IMG/VR virus record: IMGVR_UViG_3300015375_001377
Coordinates: 1-64,000 of that record
DNA length: 64,000 bases
Direction: 5' to 3' (one strand)
DNA from: a virus
Taxonomy: Duplodnaviria; Caudoviricetes
Shown here: positions 28,612 through 38,206 of the stretch, piece by piece
Numbering within the stretch: the first letter of the stretch is position 1
How the letters are laid out: every line of letters begins with the position of its first letter
Translations under genes and position numbers: made by a program
The notes under the pieces: model-generated
Databases searched by the model: none
What the model was told of the DNA's origin: nothing
The model's input: only the letters and a program-made list of their open reading frames with translations

Positions 28612-29481
28612 GTGTTAACCTTTAAATACAAAGCTAATATAGAATATTCAAATAAAGAAATTCTTTTATCAGAATTAAAGTTTATTGATTTTAAAGCCCT
28701 TATAAAAATTTTATTTAGTAATGATAATTTTTTAATTTCTAATGCATTTGAAGAAATTTTAAAAAACCTAACGTTAGAAAAAAATTTAAATTTATTTGAA
28801 AAAATAATTTGTTTTTTTGTTATTAGAAGTTTGTGTGTTTCTGATATTATTGAACTAACTAGCGAGTGCCCTATCTCCAAAAAAGAATTTAATATAACTT
28901 TAAATTTAAATTTAATTTTAAACAATTTTCAAAAATTTTTAAATGATAATATTAACACATTTAAAAAAGAAATTATTTACAATGAAAATTTTAAAATAAC
29001 TTTAGGTATACCTGATGATATTTTTATTTTATCTCAACACAATACAATTTATAAATTTATTAAGTCAGTTACCCTTAATAATGTTGAATATAGTAATCTA
29101 GAGCCTGATTCTATTGAAAAATTACCTGCAAATGTTTTAAATGATATTAAAAACTTTTTAAACGAAGTAGAAAAAACCTGTAATAGTTTTACTTTTATGA
29201 AGCTTATATCTCCATATACTGCTTTGACTAGTGCAGAAATACCTTTTTCAATTCTTCAAAATACGTTTTTAGACTTTTTAAAAATTATTTTTAAAAGAAA
29301 TTTAATGGAAATTTATGAATTAGAAACAGTTCTTTTGTCTAAAGTGAACTTATCTAGTAATGTTTTAAACAATTCAACTTTTGCAGAAAATTTAGTATAT
29401 TTAAATATATATAAAAAGCATATGGAAGAAACTGCTAAACCAGCAGTTAAAGCTCAGTTGAATACTGGTAGCCCTGAATAA
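28612..29481 (+). CDS. Baseplate hub assembly protein (gp26-like with gp51-like C-terminus)
   Basis: ECPISKKEFNITLNL gp26-like segment; C-terminal EIYELE...STFAENLVYL recalls gp51. TAAGTA-N5-GTG upstream. Confidence 0.5.
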   Translation: MLTFKYKANIEYSNKEILLSELKFIDFKALIKILFSNDNFLISNAFEEILKNLTLEKNLNLFEKIICFFVIRSLCVSDIIELTSECPISKKEFNITLNLNLILNNFQKFLNDNINTFKKEIIYNENFKITLGIPDDIFILSQHNTIYKFIKSVTLNNVEYSNLEPDSIEKLPANVLNDIKNFLNEVEKTCNSFTFMKLISPYTALTSAEIPFSILQNTFLDFLKIIFKRNLMEIYELETVLLSKVNLSSNVLNNSTFAENLVYLNIYKKHMEETAKPAVKAQLNTGSPE

Positions 29482-29490
29482 ATTATTAAA

Positions 29491-30237
29491 ATGCAGCCTA
29501 GCGACTTTCTAAAAAATTTAGAATCTGTAGTAGAGTCTAATTCTGTAGATATTTATGTGCCCAGCTATAAAATGTTTTATAAGTTTAAACCTCTTAATTT
29601 ATCTCAACAAAAAACCCTGTTTAAAACATCTTTAGATGAATCTTTTACTAAATTGCTTTTTAATATAAATTTTTATAATATATTACTCACTAATGCACCT
29701 AGAGATCTCGATATTAAAACCATTACTTCTTATGATAGGACAGCAATTGCAGTATCTTATAAAGCTAATAGTTTAAACGGTCTTTACAGTTATCAAAATA
29801 AAGAGGTTGATTTAAAAAAACTTGTCAGTACATTTCCTGAAATAGACAACAAAACAGTTTTGCATACTAAAATAATAGAAGACAATACTCTTTCAGTAGA
29901 GGTTTTAATGCCCAGTCTGTTTGTTGATAATGATGTAAATGGCTATGCTCAGCTAAAATTAAAAAACAGCAAAGAATTACAAAATGTAATTACTGAGTTA
30001 TATGTATTTGAAATTTCCAAGTACATTAAAAGTATAATTGTTAAGAAAAACGATGAAAAAATAGATTTTTATACAACATCTGTATCAGATAGAGTTAAAG
30101 CTACTGAATTGTTACCAGCTTCAATAACATCAGAAATACTTAATTTTATTAAGCCTTTAAGAGAATTTGAAAACAAATTTATTACTATTGATACTGATAC
30201 AGTATTAGATATTGACGGAAGCTTCTTCGGCGTTTAA
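29491..30237 (+). CDS. Baseplate hub subunit (gp26-like)
   Basis: IYVPS...YKFKPLNLSQQKTL, SIIVK...DFY, ELLP pattern. Confidence 0.6.
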   Translation: MQPSDFLKNLESVVESNSVDIYVPSYKMFYKFKPLNLSQQKTLFKTSLDESFTKLLFNINFYNILLTNAPRDLDIKTITSYDRTAIAVSYKANSLNGLYSYQNKEVDLKKLVSTFPEIDNKTVLHTKIIEDNTLSVEVLMPSLFVDNDVNGYAQLKLKNSKELQNVITELYVFEISKYIKSIIVKKNDEKIDFYTTSVSDRVKATELLPASITSEILNFIKPLREFENKFITIDTDTVLDIDGSFFGV

Positions 30238-30244
30238 ATTTTGT

Positions 30245-30252
30245 TATAAATA
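30245..30252 (+). promoter_or_regulatory. Late promoter, perfect T4 consensus
   Basis: TATAAATA-N6-ATG(30259). Confidence 0.7.
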
Positions 30253-30258
30253 TTGTTA

Positions 30259-32409
30259 ATGGACGGTATTACTATAGACGACCTTCGCTCTGTATTCGGC
30301 AATAATATAGAGCAAATAAATGAAAGTACTAAAAATACTTCTAATTCTTTAAAAGAATTTAAAAAAGTATTTAAGGATATCTTAGGTTCATTAAATGAAA
30401 ACAAGCAGCTTTTAACTGCAACCAGTAATAAAAAAACTGAAGTTGAGTTTAGTAGAGATGATAAAAAGTCTGTAAACAATATAATATCTACTTTAAAATC
30501 TAACACTGATGCAGTAAAAGAACAAATAAAATTTGAAAAAGACAGTCAACAAAAAAACAAATCTTTACTTTCTAAGATATTAGGGCCTATAGCAATAGTG
30601 TTAACGACTGTTGCAGCTTTAGGCTTCGGCCTTACAAAATTCCCTGCACTTAGAGGAATGCTTACCAATGTAGGGGGAGGAAATCTTATGGGGAGCATTT
30701 TCAATCTTTCAAAAGTTTTAGGAAATAAAGAAACAACTTTAAAGCAGTGGTTAAAAAACATTCCTATTGTAGGTTTTTTTGTACATGTTTATGATGCCTT
30801 TTCATTTTTTGCTAAAGGCCAATATGAAAAAGGTATTAGAGAATTAGCATTTAATTTTCCAGGAATAGATTTTATTGCTCCAATATTCGGTACATCAAGA
30901 AGTAGATTAAATGTACTAGCTGCTAACAAATCACAAAGACAGGGAGAAAATAAAAAAGGCCTCTTTGGAATAGATTTTGAAAGTGGAATTGATTCATTAA
31001 TTGGTGGTATTGATGAAAAATTAAATAATGTTTTTAATTTTTTTAGTAATGCTGGTGAATTAGTTAGAAATTTATTTAGCGCTGTTACAAAAGGCGATTA
31101 CAAAAGTATATCCAATTCTTTAACAAGTTTATCTAAATTATTTCCATCACTTACCGGTGCATCAGAATTTATAAAAGGATCAATTTTAAAACAATTTAAT
31201 ATTACTGCCAGTAAGACACCTAGTAAAACTTTTGAACAAATTAATTTTATAGACGTTGCCAAGGATTTGTATGAAAGAGTTTCAACTAGTGTAGGTGACC
31301 TTTTTAATAGTATCCTCACACCAATTCAAAATGTATTCAAATCCTTAGGATTGATTTTCTCTGGTAATTTAAGTAAGCAAAAAGCAGGCTTAGTCATTTT
31401 AAGTGAATATTTTCCTTCCCTTACAGATGGGTTTAAAGCTATTCTTGCATTAACAGATAAGATGCAAGAGCTTAAAGCAAAGTCAAAAGATGGTAAAATA
31501 AGCTATTTAAGTTTAGCTAAAGAGCTCGCTTTTGGTAGTTTAGATATTGGAAGGTATGATGTAGATGAGGACCCTAAATTACTAGAACAAAGCGATGCTT
31601 ATAGAAAAGAAATAGATGCTGCAAAAGAAAAAATGAGTAAAAGAAAAGGAATGGATTCTCAAAAGTATGAACTAGAAGAAAGATTAAAAAGACTAACAGA
31701 AGAAAAAGAAAAATTTGAAGAAGCAGCTAAACGTAAAAACAAGACTTTAATTGATACTAGAAAGCCAAACTTTGGAGTAGATGCAAGTAAAGTAGATACA
31801 AAAGACTCTAATGAATACACTAAAGTTTTAAGAGGTATTGATGAATCCAGTTCTCAAATAAAAACATTAATTAAAAATATGACAGATTTTGCAAGTGTAG
31901 AGAGTTATGAAAAATTTATTTTAGTTTATGAAGAAGCTTTAAAAAAGCTAGACGTTATGAGAGCCGAGTATAAGATTAATAACCCTTCAGTTAAACGTGA
32001 AGCAGAAAAAGCAGGTATAGACACTCAAGAACTCATTCAAGAAGGCAACAGAGGGTTAGCAGTTCAAATAGGAACTGAGTTAAGCAAAGCTTTAGAAGGA
32101 AAAAAAGAACCAACAACAGAAACACCTTACATTAATTACAAGTTATTGCAAGAAGTTACAGACACCTTTAAAATACAAAGCAAATCTGTTGAAAGACAGG
32201 ATGAGCAAATTAAACAGCTTAAAGAAATACAGAAAACGTTTACCTCTAAGCTTGATGAAGCTAGACTAGCAATAGAGAATGTTAATAAAACATTAGATAA
32301 AAATGCTATTAATGGTGGTACACAAGTGGTTAATACTGTAATAAGCCCTAAAAATCTTAAATATACAGTAGCTCCACAAACAGATTCATGGCGCTCTGCT
32401 AATGTATAA
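30259..32409 (+). CDS. Tape measure/hub protein (gp29-like)
   Basis: Long helical protein with hydrophobic Gly-rich segments and coiled coil, between gp26-like and gp48-like genes. ATG 30259 preferred over TTG 30253. Confidence 0.6.
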   Translation: MDGITIDDLRSVFGNNIEQINESTKNTSNSLKEFKKVFKDILGSLNENKQLLTATSNKKTEVEFSRDDKKSVNNIISTLKSNTDAVKEQIKFEKDSQQKNKSLLSKILGPIAIVLTTVAALGFGLTKFPALRGMLTNVGGGNLMGSIFNLSKVLGNKETTLKQWLKNIPIVGFFVHVYDAFSFFAKGQYEKGIRELAFNFPGIDFIAPIFGTSRSRLNVLAANKSQRQGENKKGLFGIDFESGIDSLIGGIDEKLNNVFNFFSNAGELVRNLFSAVTKGDYKSISNSLTSLSKLFPSLTGASEFIKGSILKQFNITASKTPSKTFEQINFIDVAKDLYERVSTSVGDLFNSILTPIQNVFKSLGLIFSGNLSKQKAGLVILSEYFPSLTDGFKAILALTDKMQELKAKSKDGKISYLSLAKELAFGSLDIGRYDVDEDPKLLEQSDAYRKEIDAAKEKMSKRKGMDSQKYELEERLKRLTEEKEKFEEAAKRKNKTLIDTRKPNFGVDASKVDTKDSNEYTKVLRGIDESSSQIKTLIKNMTDFASVESYEKFILVYEEALKKLDVMRAEYKINNPSVKREAEKAGIDTQELIQEGNRGLAVQIGTELSKALEGKKEPTTETPYINYKLLQEVTDTFKIQSKSVERQDEQIKQLKEIQKTFTSKLDEARLAIENVNKTLDKNAINGGTQVVNTVISPKNLKYTVAPQTDSWRSANV

Positions 32410-32412
32410 ATA
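32405..32412 (+). promoter_or_regulatory. Late promoter, perfect T4 consensus
   Basis: TATAAATA-N5-ATG(32418). Confidence 0.7.
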
Positions 32413-32417
32413 CATAT

Positions 32418-33749
32418 ATGGCAAACATATGGGCATTTAAATACGTCTTAAAAAACGATGAAAAAGTAGCTAATAAATCAACTGCTACTCCTAAAAGTAA
32501 TATTCCTATTTTAGTACCCGCAACTTCTAAGAATGATAATAGCTTAGTAAATAATACTAATTCTAAAATAACAACAATAGATGTTGTAAAAGACTTTTTC
32601 TGGACTAATTCACCGGTGAGCTCTAGAGAAGAAGTTCCTTATGTAATATTAACTGAAAAAAGACTTAAAACTAATGCATTAGTATCACAATTATTATATT
32701 CCTTTGGCGCTGCAACTGCTGGCTTAGGAGATGTAACAACTTATATAAAAGAAACTCTAGGACCAAATTCATTTACTAAATCTTTACAATGGGTTCAAAG
32801 CGAATCAGCAAATCTTTCACAGGAAGCTACACAAAATATTAGTAGAGACGGTGTTGTAGGTAAATTAGTAAACGATATTACTAGCTTAAAAGATGAAAAC
32901 CAAGTTATGGACAGTAAACTTTTAAAAGCTTACAAAAATTTATATCTTACACAAGATACAGGATGGAGATATATTTTACCTTACTTTAATAATTACAATA
33001 ATGATGTAAGTAATACTTTTGGCGGAGACACTACAATGCCAACTCTTGGAATTTTAAGAGCAACTACAGAAGGAGTAGCCGCTTTCCAAGAAGCTGTAGC
33101 TGCATTAGCTAACCCAGCTACATTTTCTTTTGCAGAGAGAGCTAAATTTTACAGTTATCCTGAACAAGGTGATGAAATATCTGTTGAATTCCCTTTAATT
33201 AATACAGGTGCTGCAACTTATGAAGATGTAAAAGCAAATTGGCAGTTTTTATTTTTGTTACTTTATCAAAATAAACCAGGCAGAATAACAAAAAATGTAA
33301 TTGAACCGCCTGTTCTCTATCAAATTGAAATACCAGGACAAAAATTTATGCCTTTTGGCTATATTTCTAGTATTACCGTAGATTTTAAGGGATCTAGAAG
33401 AACTTTAGAAATAGACATACCGGTTCAAGAGCAGTATTTTTCTGAAAATCCTTTATTAAATAAAACCAATTTAATGAATTCAAATAGGGTTATAGATCCC
33501 AAGAATTTTAGTACAACAAAAAAAATCACTACTATAATACCAGATGCTTATATGGTTAAAATTAATCTTAAAGGACTAGTAGCAGATTCTAGGAATTTTA
33601 TGGCAGCAGCTCTAGAAAGCAATAGTAATGGAGACTTTGCTACTAATATAATTGAGAGAGATAAATTATTTGAACAAAATAGTGTTTTAACTAGTGAATC
33701 GTTTAATTCTATTGCTGATGAAAACATATCAATAAGACCAGGAGAATAA
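32418..33749 (+). CDS. Baseplate tail-tube cap (gp48-like)
   Basis: VEFPLIN, PPVLYQIEIPG, YISSITVDFKG pattern; upstream of gp53. Confidence 0.6.
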   Translation: MANIWAFKYVLKNDEKVANKSTATPKSNIPILVPATSKNDNSLVNNTNSKITTIDVVKDFFWTNSPVSSREEVPYVILTEKRLKTNALVSQLLYSFGAATAGLGDVTTYIKETLGPNSFTKSLQWVQSESANLSQEATQNISRDGVVGKLVNDITSLKDENQVMDSKLLKAYKNLYLTQDTGWRYILPYFNNYNNDVSNTFGGDTTMPTLGILRATTEGVAAFQEAVAALANPATFSFAERAKFYSYPEQGDEISVEFPLINTGAATYEDVKANWQFLFLLLYQNKPGRITKNVIEPPVLYQIEIPGQKFMPFGYISSITVDFKGSRRTLEIDIPVQEQYFSENPLLNKTNLMNSNRVIDPKNFSTTKKITTIIPDAYMVKINLKGLVADSRNFMAAALESNSNGDFATNIIERDKLFEQNSVLTSESFNSIADENISIRPGE

Positions 33750-34117
33750 TGAGCGATTTAGGTAAATATCAAAATAAAATTTCAGAGCTTCCTAATATTA
33801 ATAATCTTAGATATGAAAATATTTTTAAGCTTTATAAATTAGAAACCAATCAATACTACTATAATTTATTAAGAAATATAGTTGTCCCTGAAAATATAGA
33901 TGAGGAAAAATTAGTTTACTACCCGGTTACTAAAAAATTACCTTGGACTATGATATCTTATAATATATATGGTAATATTGAGCTCTGGTGGTTGGTTTGC
34001 TTGGTAAATAAAGTAGACAACCCGGTTCTCTCACCAGATATAGGTACAGTCATTAGAGCTATATCTCCAGATTACTTAAATACAGTTTTATCAGAAATTT
34101 TTAATAGCTTGCCATGA
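33749..34117 (+). CDS. gp53: Baseplate wedge LysM-like protein (gp53-like)
   Basis: ISYNIYGNIELWWLVCLVNKVDNP LysM-type motif. Confidence 0.8.
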   Translation: MSDLGKYQNKISELPNINNLRYENIFKLYKLETNQYYYNLLRNIVVPENIDEEKLVYYPVTKKLPWTMISYNIYGNIELWWLVCLVNKVDNPVLSPDIGTVIRAISPDYLNTVLSEIFNSLP

Positions 34118-35727
34118 GCGACCCCATTCCAGCAACAACAGAATCACAGTTTAGTGATTTTGCAACATTAATTAATAATAATTTTATAGATTTTAAAGCA
34201 ACTATAGTCACCTATACTGGTAGAAGCTTTACCTTGTACAATAAAGCAATAAAAGAATTAGTTATTACAGATACTATTAAGGATTTCTTTGCTTCCGGTT
34301 ATCTAGTATTAGATAACTCATACGGGGCTATAGAAAGACTTAATACAACTATAAATACGTATAATTCACCATCATACTACGATGGCGGTAATTTAAATAA
34401 CTCTACTTCTAAATCTAAAAATGAAAGTTTTCTTTTCCAAGGAGACTCTGCAGATGTTTTATTAATAAAAATAATGCCCAAACTTTCTAATTCAAACTTT
34501 AATAACAATGCTAATGAGTCTGTAAATTCAAATTTTTTAATGGAATATAGTTTTTCAATTTATAAGATAGAAGATATATCTGGGGACAGTGTAGACGAAA
34601 AATATAAAAAATTAAGTTTTTGGGATCAGTATTATGATGTAATGCGTCAAAAAAATTCTTATTTTTCTACTTCAGACTGTGTAGATCAGGAAAACATTTT
34701 AAACGCTTCTAATAATGAAAGAGGCACAACTACAGGAAACGCATTATCTAGTCTTATTAGTAAATCTTTAGAACCAATATTTAAAGAAAATTTAAAATTT
34801 GGAGATTTTGATACTGGAGCGTCTAAAATATTTTTTACTACCCCAGCTAGTTATACAGATTCAGATAGCTTAAATTATATTTTAAATTATCATGTTTGTT
34901 CTAAAGAAAGTAACTACGACCACCCTTTATTAAGACTAGAAAGATACCCTAAACAATTTAAATTAACTAGTTTAAAAAAATTATTTGAAAATGCAGTGCT
35001 TAAAAATAAAAGCTCTAACTCACAAACCGGAACTACAGTTCAAGGCGGTACAGAGTTTCTTGAGACTTATAAAATAGTAGGATTTGCAGATACCCAACTA
35101 GATGGGCCTAACCTTCAATTTGAGTTAAATTATGATAATAATTTATCACCTTTTCTTGGTAACCTCGGATCTGTAAAATCTTACACCTTTGAAGAGATGG
35201 ATGGTAATATTACACGTCAACTTCTTTCACCACGCATAGTTCACACTTACGATAGCGACGAAAAAACTTTTTGTATAGATAGTTTTGAAAACTCTATGGA
35301 AGAAGTCAACAAAGCATTTGAGCAAAACTATGTTAAACCATTTGGTAATAATGCAACCATGTCTTTTAAATCAGGAAAATTAAGAGATGAATTTTTTAAT
35401 ATTCAAAATACTCTATTTTTAACTCATTATTCTGATCCAGTTACAAAGTTAGCACAAGGAAGAACACAGCTAATGTTTGATATATTAAAATTTTCTAATA
35501 TGGTAAAATTTAAAGTAAAAGGCTCTACACACAGACAAGCAGGAAAATTTATTCTTATTACTAGAGACGATTCAGTAACACTTTCAGATTTTGATTCAAA
35601 AATATTAGGAGTCTATTTCATAGTACAAGCTAGCCATATTTTTAGTGGTGCAGAATATGAAAATGAAATAATTGCAGTTAAACCTTATTATTTAAATAAT
35701 TTATTTGGAGAAAACAAAACACTATGA
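34114..35727 (+). CDS. Baseplate central hub (gp27/VgrG-like)
   Basis: ELVITDTIKDFFASGYLVL at the N-terminus; C-terminal VKGSTHRQAGKFILI, GVYFIVQASHIF. Confidence 0.7.
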   Translation: MSDPIPATTESQFSDFATLINNNFIDFKATIVTYTGRSFTLYNKAIKELVITDTIKDFFASGYLVLDNSYGAIERLNTTINTYNSPSYYDGGNLNNSTSKSKNESFLFQGDSADVLLIKIMPKLSNSNFNNNANESVNSNFLMEYSFSIYKIEDISGDSVDEKYKKLSFWDQYYDVMRQKNSYFSTSDCVDQENILNASNNERGTTTGNALSSLISKSLEPIFKENLKFGDFDTGASKIFFTTPASYTDSDSLNYILNYHVCSKESNYDHPLLRLERYPKQFKLTSLKKLFENAVLKNKSSNSQTGTTVQGGTEFLETYKIVGFADTQLDGPNLQFELNYDNNLSPFLGNLGSVKSYTFEEMDGNITRQLLSPRIVHTYDSDEKTFCIDSFENSMEEVNKAFEQNYVKPFGNNATMSFKSGKLRDEFFNIQNTLFLTHYSDPVTKLAQGRTQLMFDILKFSNMVKFKVKGSTHRQAGKFILITRDDSVTLSDFDSKILGVYFIVQASHIFSGAEYENEIIAVKPYYLNNLFGENKTL

Positions 35728-37220
35728 GTACTACCATTAAAACACTTAACCCAGAGTATTGTTTTGTAAATTTTACATCTAATTATCAACTTTTAAAAAG
35801 CTATTCTAGTTACATTGAGCTCATAGGTGAATTTGAGGATCAGTTAAAAATAAGTTTAGACTATTTTAATGCTATTACTTCTAATGATCCTGTAAAAAAC
35901 CTTGTTTATTTTTATAAAAATTTAAATAATGTTGAATTTCTGCTCCTGGATAATGAGTTTATTGATTTTTGGGTTAAAAAATTTAATTCGTCAATAAGGG
36001 AAATAAAAGAAAGAGTTAAAAAAGATATTTCTCCCGATAGTTTTTTTAATGATATAAGTGATTGTGTTGGGGTTTTAATGAACTCTAATTACATTTTAGA
36101 CGATTCTACTATACCATTTATAGACCCATTCTACACATCTAGTTACAAAGAGCCACCAAACGTGATTCCTGTAAATTTAAAGAATAAACTAAGCGGTAGA
36201 ACTATTAATTTATTAAAAGATTCTAGTAAAAAAACTTCAACTTTAATGAGACTAAATTTAAAATCATTATTTTATATTACAGAAAATTCACCCCCTTTTG
36301 CAGACTCTCTTACCCCACATCAAAGAAACTTAGTTGCTGATTCAAATTTTTATCCAAATATAAATAACAATCTTGCTACATTTATAACACCCTTACTTAC
36401 CAGGTATAATTCCTTGTATAATTATATTAGCTTCTATTCAAATATAGGAAACAAAGAAGGATATAACTCACAAAATAAAGATGTCAATAAACAAATTGTA
36501 AAAAACCTATTTTTTAGTATTGATGTAGAAGGTACAAAAGTCAATATAGATTTATTAATGAAAAAAGTGAAAAATGTATTAAAAGATGCTACTATAAAAT
36601 TTATTTTGGCTAATACCAAGACCCAGGTTAATGATGCTTCCAATAATGTCACTAGTAGTATTAATAAATCATCAGGTGAGGAAACCAAAAAAACAGTTAC
36701 ACCAGCTGATTCAACTAATGAATATAAGCAAGATCAAGCAAACAATAAAAAAGAAGTAAAAAAACCTGAAGAAGAAAAGAAAAATGCCCCTCAAATAGTA
36801 GATGCAAATACATTACAAAATAATCCAGATGTATTAGTTCAGCAGTCACTATCTACAGCTGTAGCTCCTAATATTTCCCCTTCTATAGATCCTGGATTTT
36901 TTGGACAAATTGCTTCTGCAGGAACTTCTTTTTCACCTTCAACTGATCCAATGACCATTTTTACACAAGCTCAACAGGCTAAGGAAATAGCATGTAATAT
37001 TACTGAACCTACATTTACAGAGCCTAATTTTGATTTCTTGTTCAATCAGACTATTGAAAATATAGAAGAGTACTTAGACAACATACAAGGAAGCGCTTCT
37101 TTTGACCCAGGTGAATTAGCTAAAAAATTATCTGATGAGTTTGAAAAACAAATTAAAGAGAAGTTTAAAGGGCTTTACGACTCTTTGTTTACTTGCGAGT
37201 CAGATGAAGAAATAGTTTGA
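35724..37220 (+). CDS. Hypothetical structural protein
   Basis: 498 aa coupled to the hub gene; low-complexity linker and acidic helical C-terminus; no recognisable motif. Confidence 0.55.
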   Translation: MSTTIKTLNPEYCFVNFTSNYQLLKSYSSYIELIGEFEDQLKISLDYFNAITSNDPVKNLVYFYKNLNNVEFLLLDNEFIDFWVKKFNSSIREIKERVKKDISPDSFFNDISDCVGVLMNSNYILDDSTIPFIDPFYTSSYKEPPNVIPVNLKNKLSGRTINLLKDSSKKTSTLMRLNLKSLFYITENSPPFADSLTPHQRNLVADSNFYPNINNNLATFITPLLTRYNSLYNYISFYSNIGNKEGYNSQNKDVNKQIVKNLFFSIDVEGTKVNIDLLMKKVKNVLKDATIKFILANTKTQVNDASNNVTSSINKSSGEETKKTVTPADSTNEYKQDQANNKKEVKKPEEEKKNAPQIVDANTLQNNPDVLVQQSLSTAVAPNISPSIDPGFFGQIASAGTSFSPSTDPMTIFTQAQQAKEIACNITEPTFTEPNFDFLFNQTIENIEEYLDNIQGSASFDPGELAKKLSDEFEKQIKEKFKGLYDSLFTCESDEEIV

Positions 37221-37684
37221 TCCTCAGTTTTTATTTCTATCAAATCTGTATTTGCTGCTTTTGCATTATCTAAAAGCATTTTAAGCATTTGTTCTCTTGT
37301 AGCAAGGAACTTAGAGGTGCTATCTTCTAGTTTTATCTTACTTTTAAAATCAACATCCATTTGCTTAATGTCTTTAATAGTTTGATTTTTTTTATCTGTA
37401 ACTATAATTTTGTTGAGAGTCTCTATAGCTGTAGCTGTAGCTGCTATTAATTCAGATAAAGAGGAAACATCCTTTGATTCAGGACTACTAAAAACATAGT
37501 CTTTTACATTATTAACCATACTAACACTTTGCTCAACTAATTCTCCAGCTTTTTCTATTACAAACTTTTCTAAATTTTCCTTCTTTAAAGGATCTTTTTC
37601 CTTTTCTATAGTAGTTGCCTTTTTATTTGCCTCTTGTAACTGATTTAATAAATCTCCAACCATCTCATTTAGCTCATCACTCAT
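37175..37684 (-). CDS. gp16: Terminase small subunit (gp16-like)
   Basis: Helical core (LVEQSVSMV...SSPESKDVSSLSELIAATATAIETLNKI) and C-terminal FLATREQMLKML match the gp16 layout. TAAATA(37696-37691)-N6-ATG. Confidence 0.6.
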   Translation of the reverse strand: MSDELNEMVGDLLNQLQEANKKATTIEKEKDPLKKENLEKFVIEKAGELVEQSVSMVNNVKDYVFSSPESKDVSSLSELIAATATAIETLNKIIVTDKKNQTIKDIKQMDVDFKSKIKLEDSTSKFLATREQMLKMLLDNAKAANTDLIEIKTEDQTISSSDSQVNKES

Positions 37685-37703
37685 TAATAATATTTAACCG
37701 ATA

Positions 37704-37730
37704 TTGATTTTTATAAAGATATATTATAAT
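37704..37730 (+). promoter_or_regulatory. Early sigma70-type promoter (dut-gp44)
   Basis: TTGATT-N15-TATAAT-N5-ATG(37736). Confidence 0.55.
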
Positions 37731-37735
37731 AACGT

Positions 37736-38206
37736 ATGAGCTTTAATAAAACCAATGATTTAGACCCTAATTTTAGATATTTACCTATTTTAAAGTTTGA
37801 AAAGACTAACAATTTAGCAAAACTACCTACAAAAAACCACGAATCTGATACTGGATATGATGTTTATTCTATAGAAGATAAAACTATACCAGCAAAAGGA
37901 AGCTCCGTTGTAGGTGTAGGGCTTAAATTTGCATATATACCTGAAGGTTATTGGGTTAAAGTTGAATCCAGAAGCGGCTTAGGGTTTAAGCATAGTATAC
38001 TGGCACATCCGGGTATAATAGATTGTGGATATAGAGGGGATGCAGGTGTTAAACTCTATAATCTTTCTGATTCTAATTATGAAATTAAATGTGGGGACCG
38101 TATAGCACAGTTTGTTGTTTATTTAAACATACCGTTAGCTATTGAATTCGGTAAAGTAGAAGGTTCCGATAGAGGAGATAAGGGATTCGGTTCCTCAGGA
38201 AAATGA
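37736..38206 (+). CDS. dut: Trimeric dUTPase
   Basis: Five motifs: DTGYD, SRSGL, GIIDCGYRGD, DRIAQ, RGDKGFGSSG. Confidence 0.96.
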   Translation: MSFNKTNDLDPNFRYLPILKFEKTNNLAKLPTKNHESDTGYDVYSIEDKTIPAKGSSVVGVGLKFAYIPEGYWVKVESRSGLGFKHSILAHPGIIDCGYRGDAGVKLYNLSDSNYEIKCGDRIAQFVVYLNIPLAIEFGKVEGSDRGDKGFGSSGK

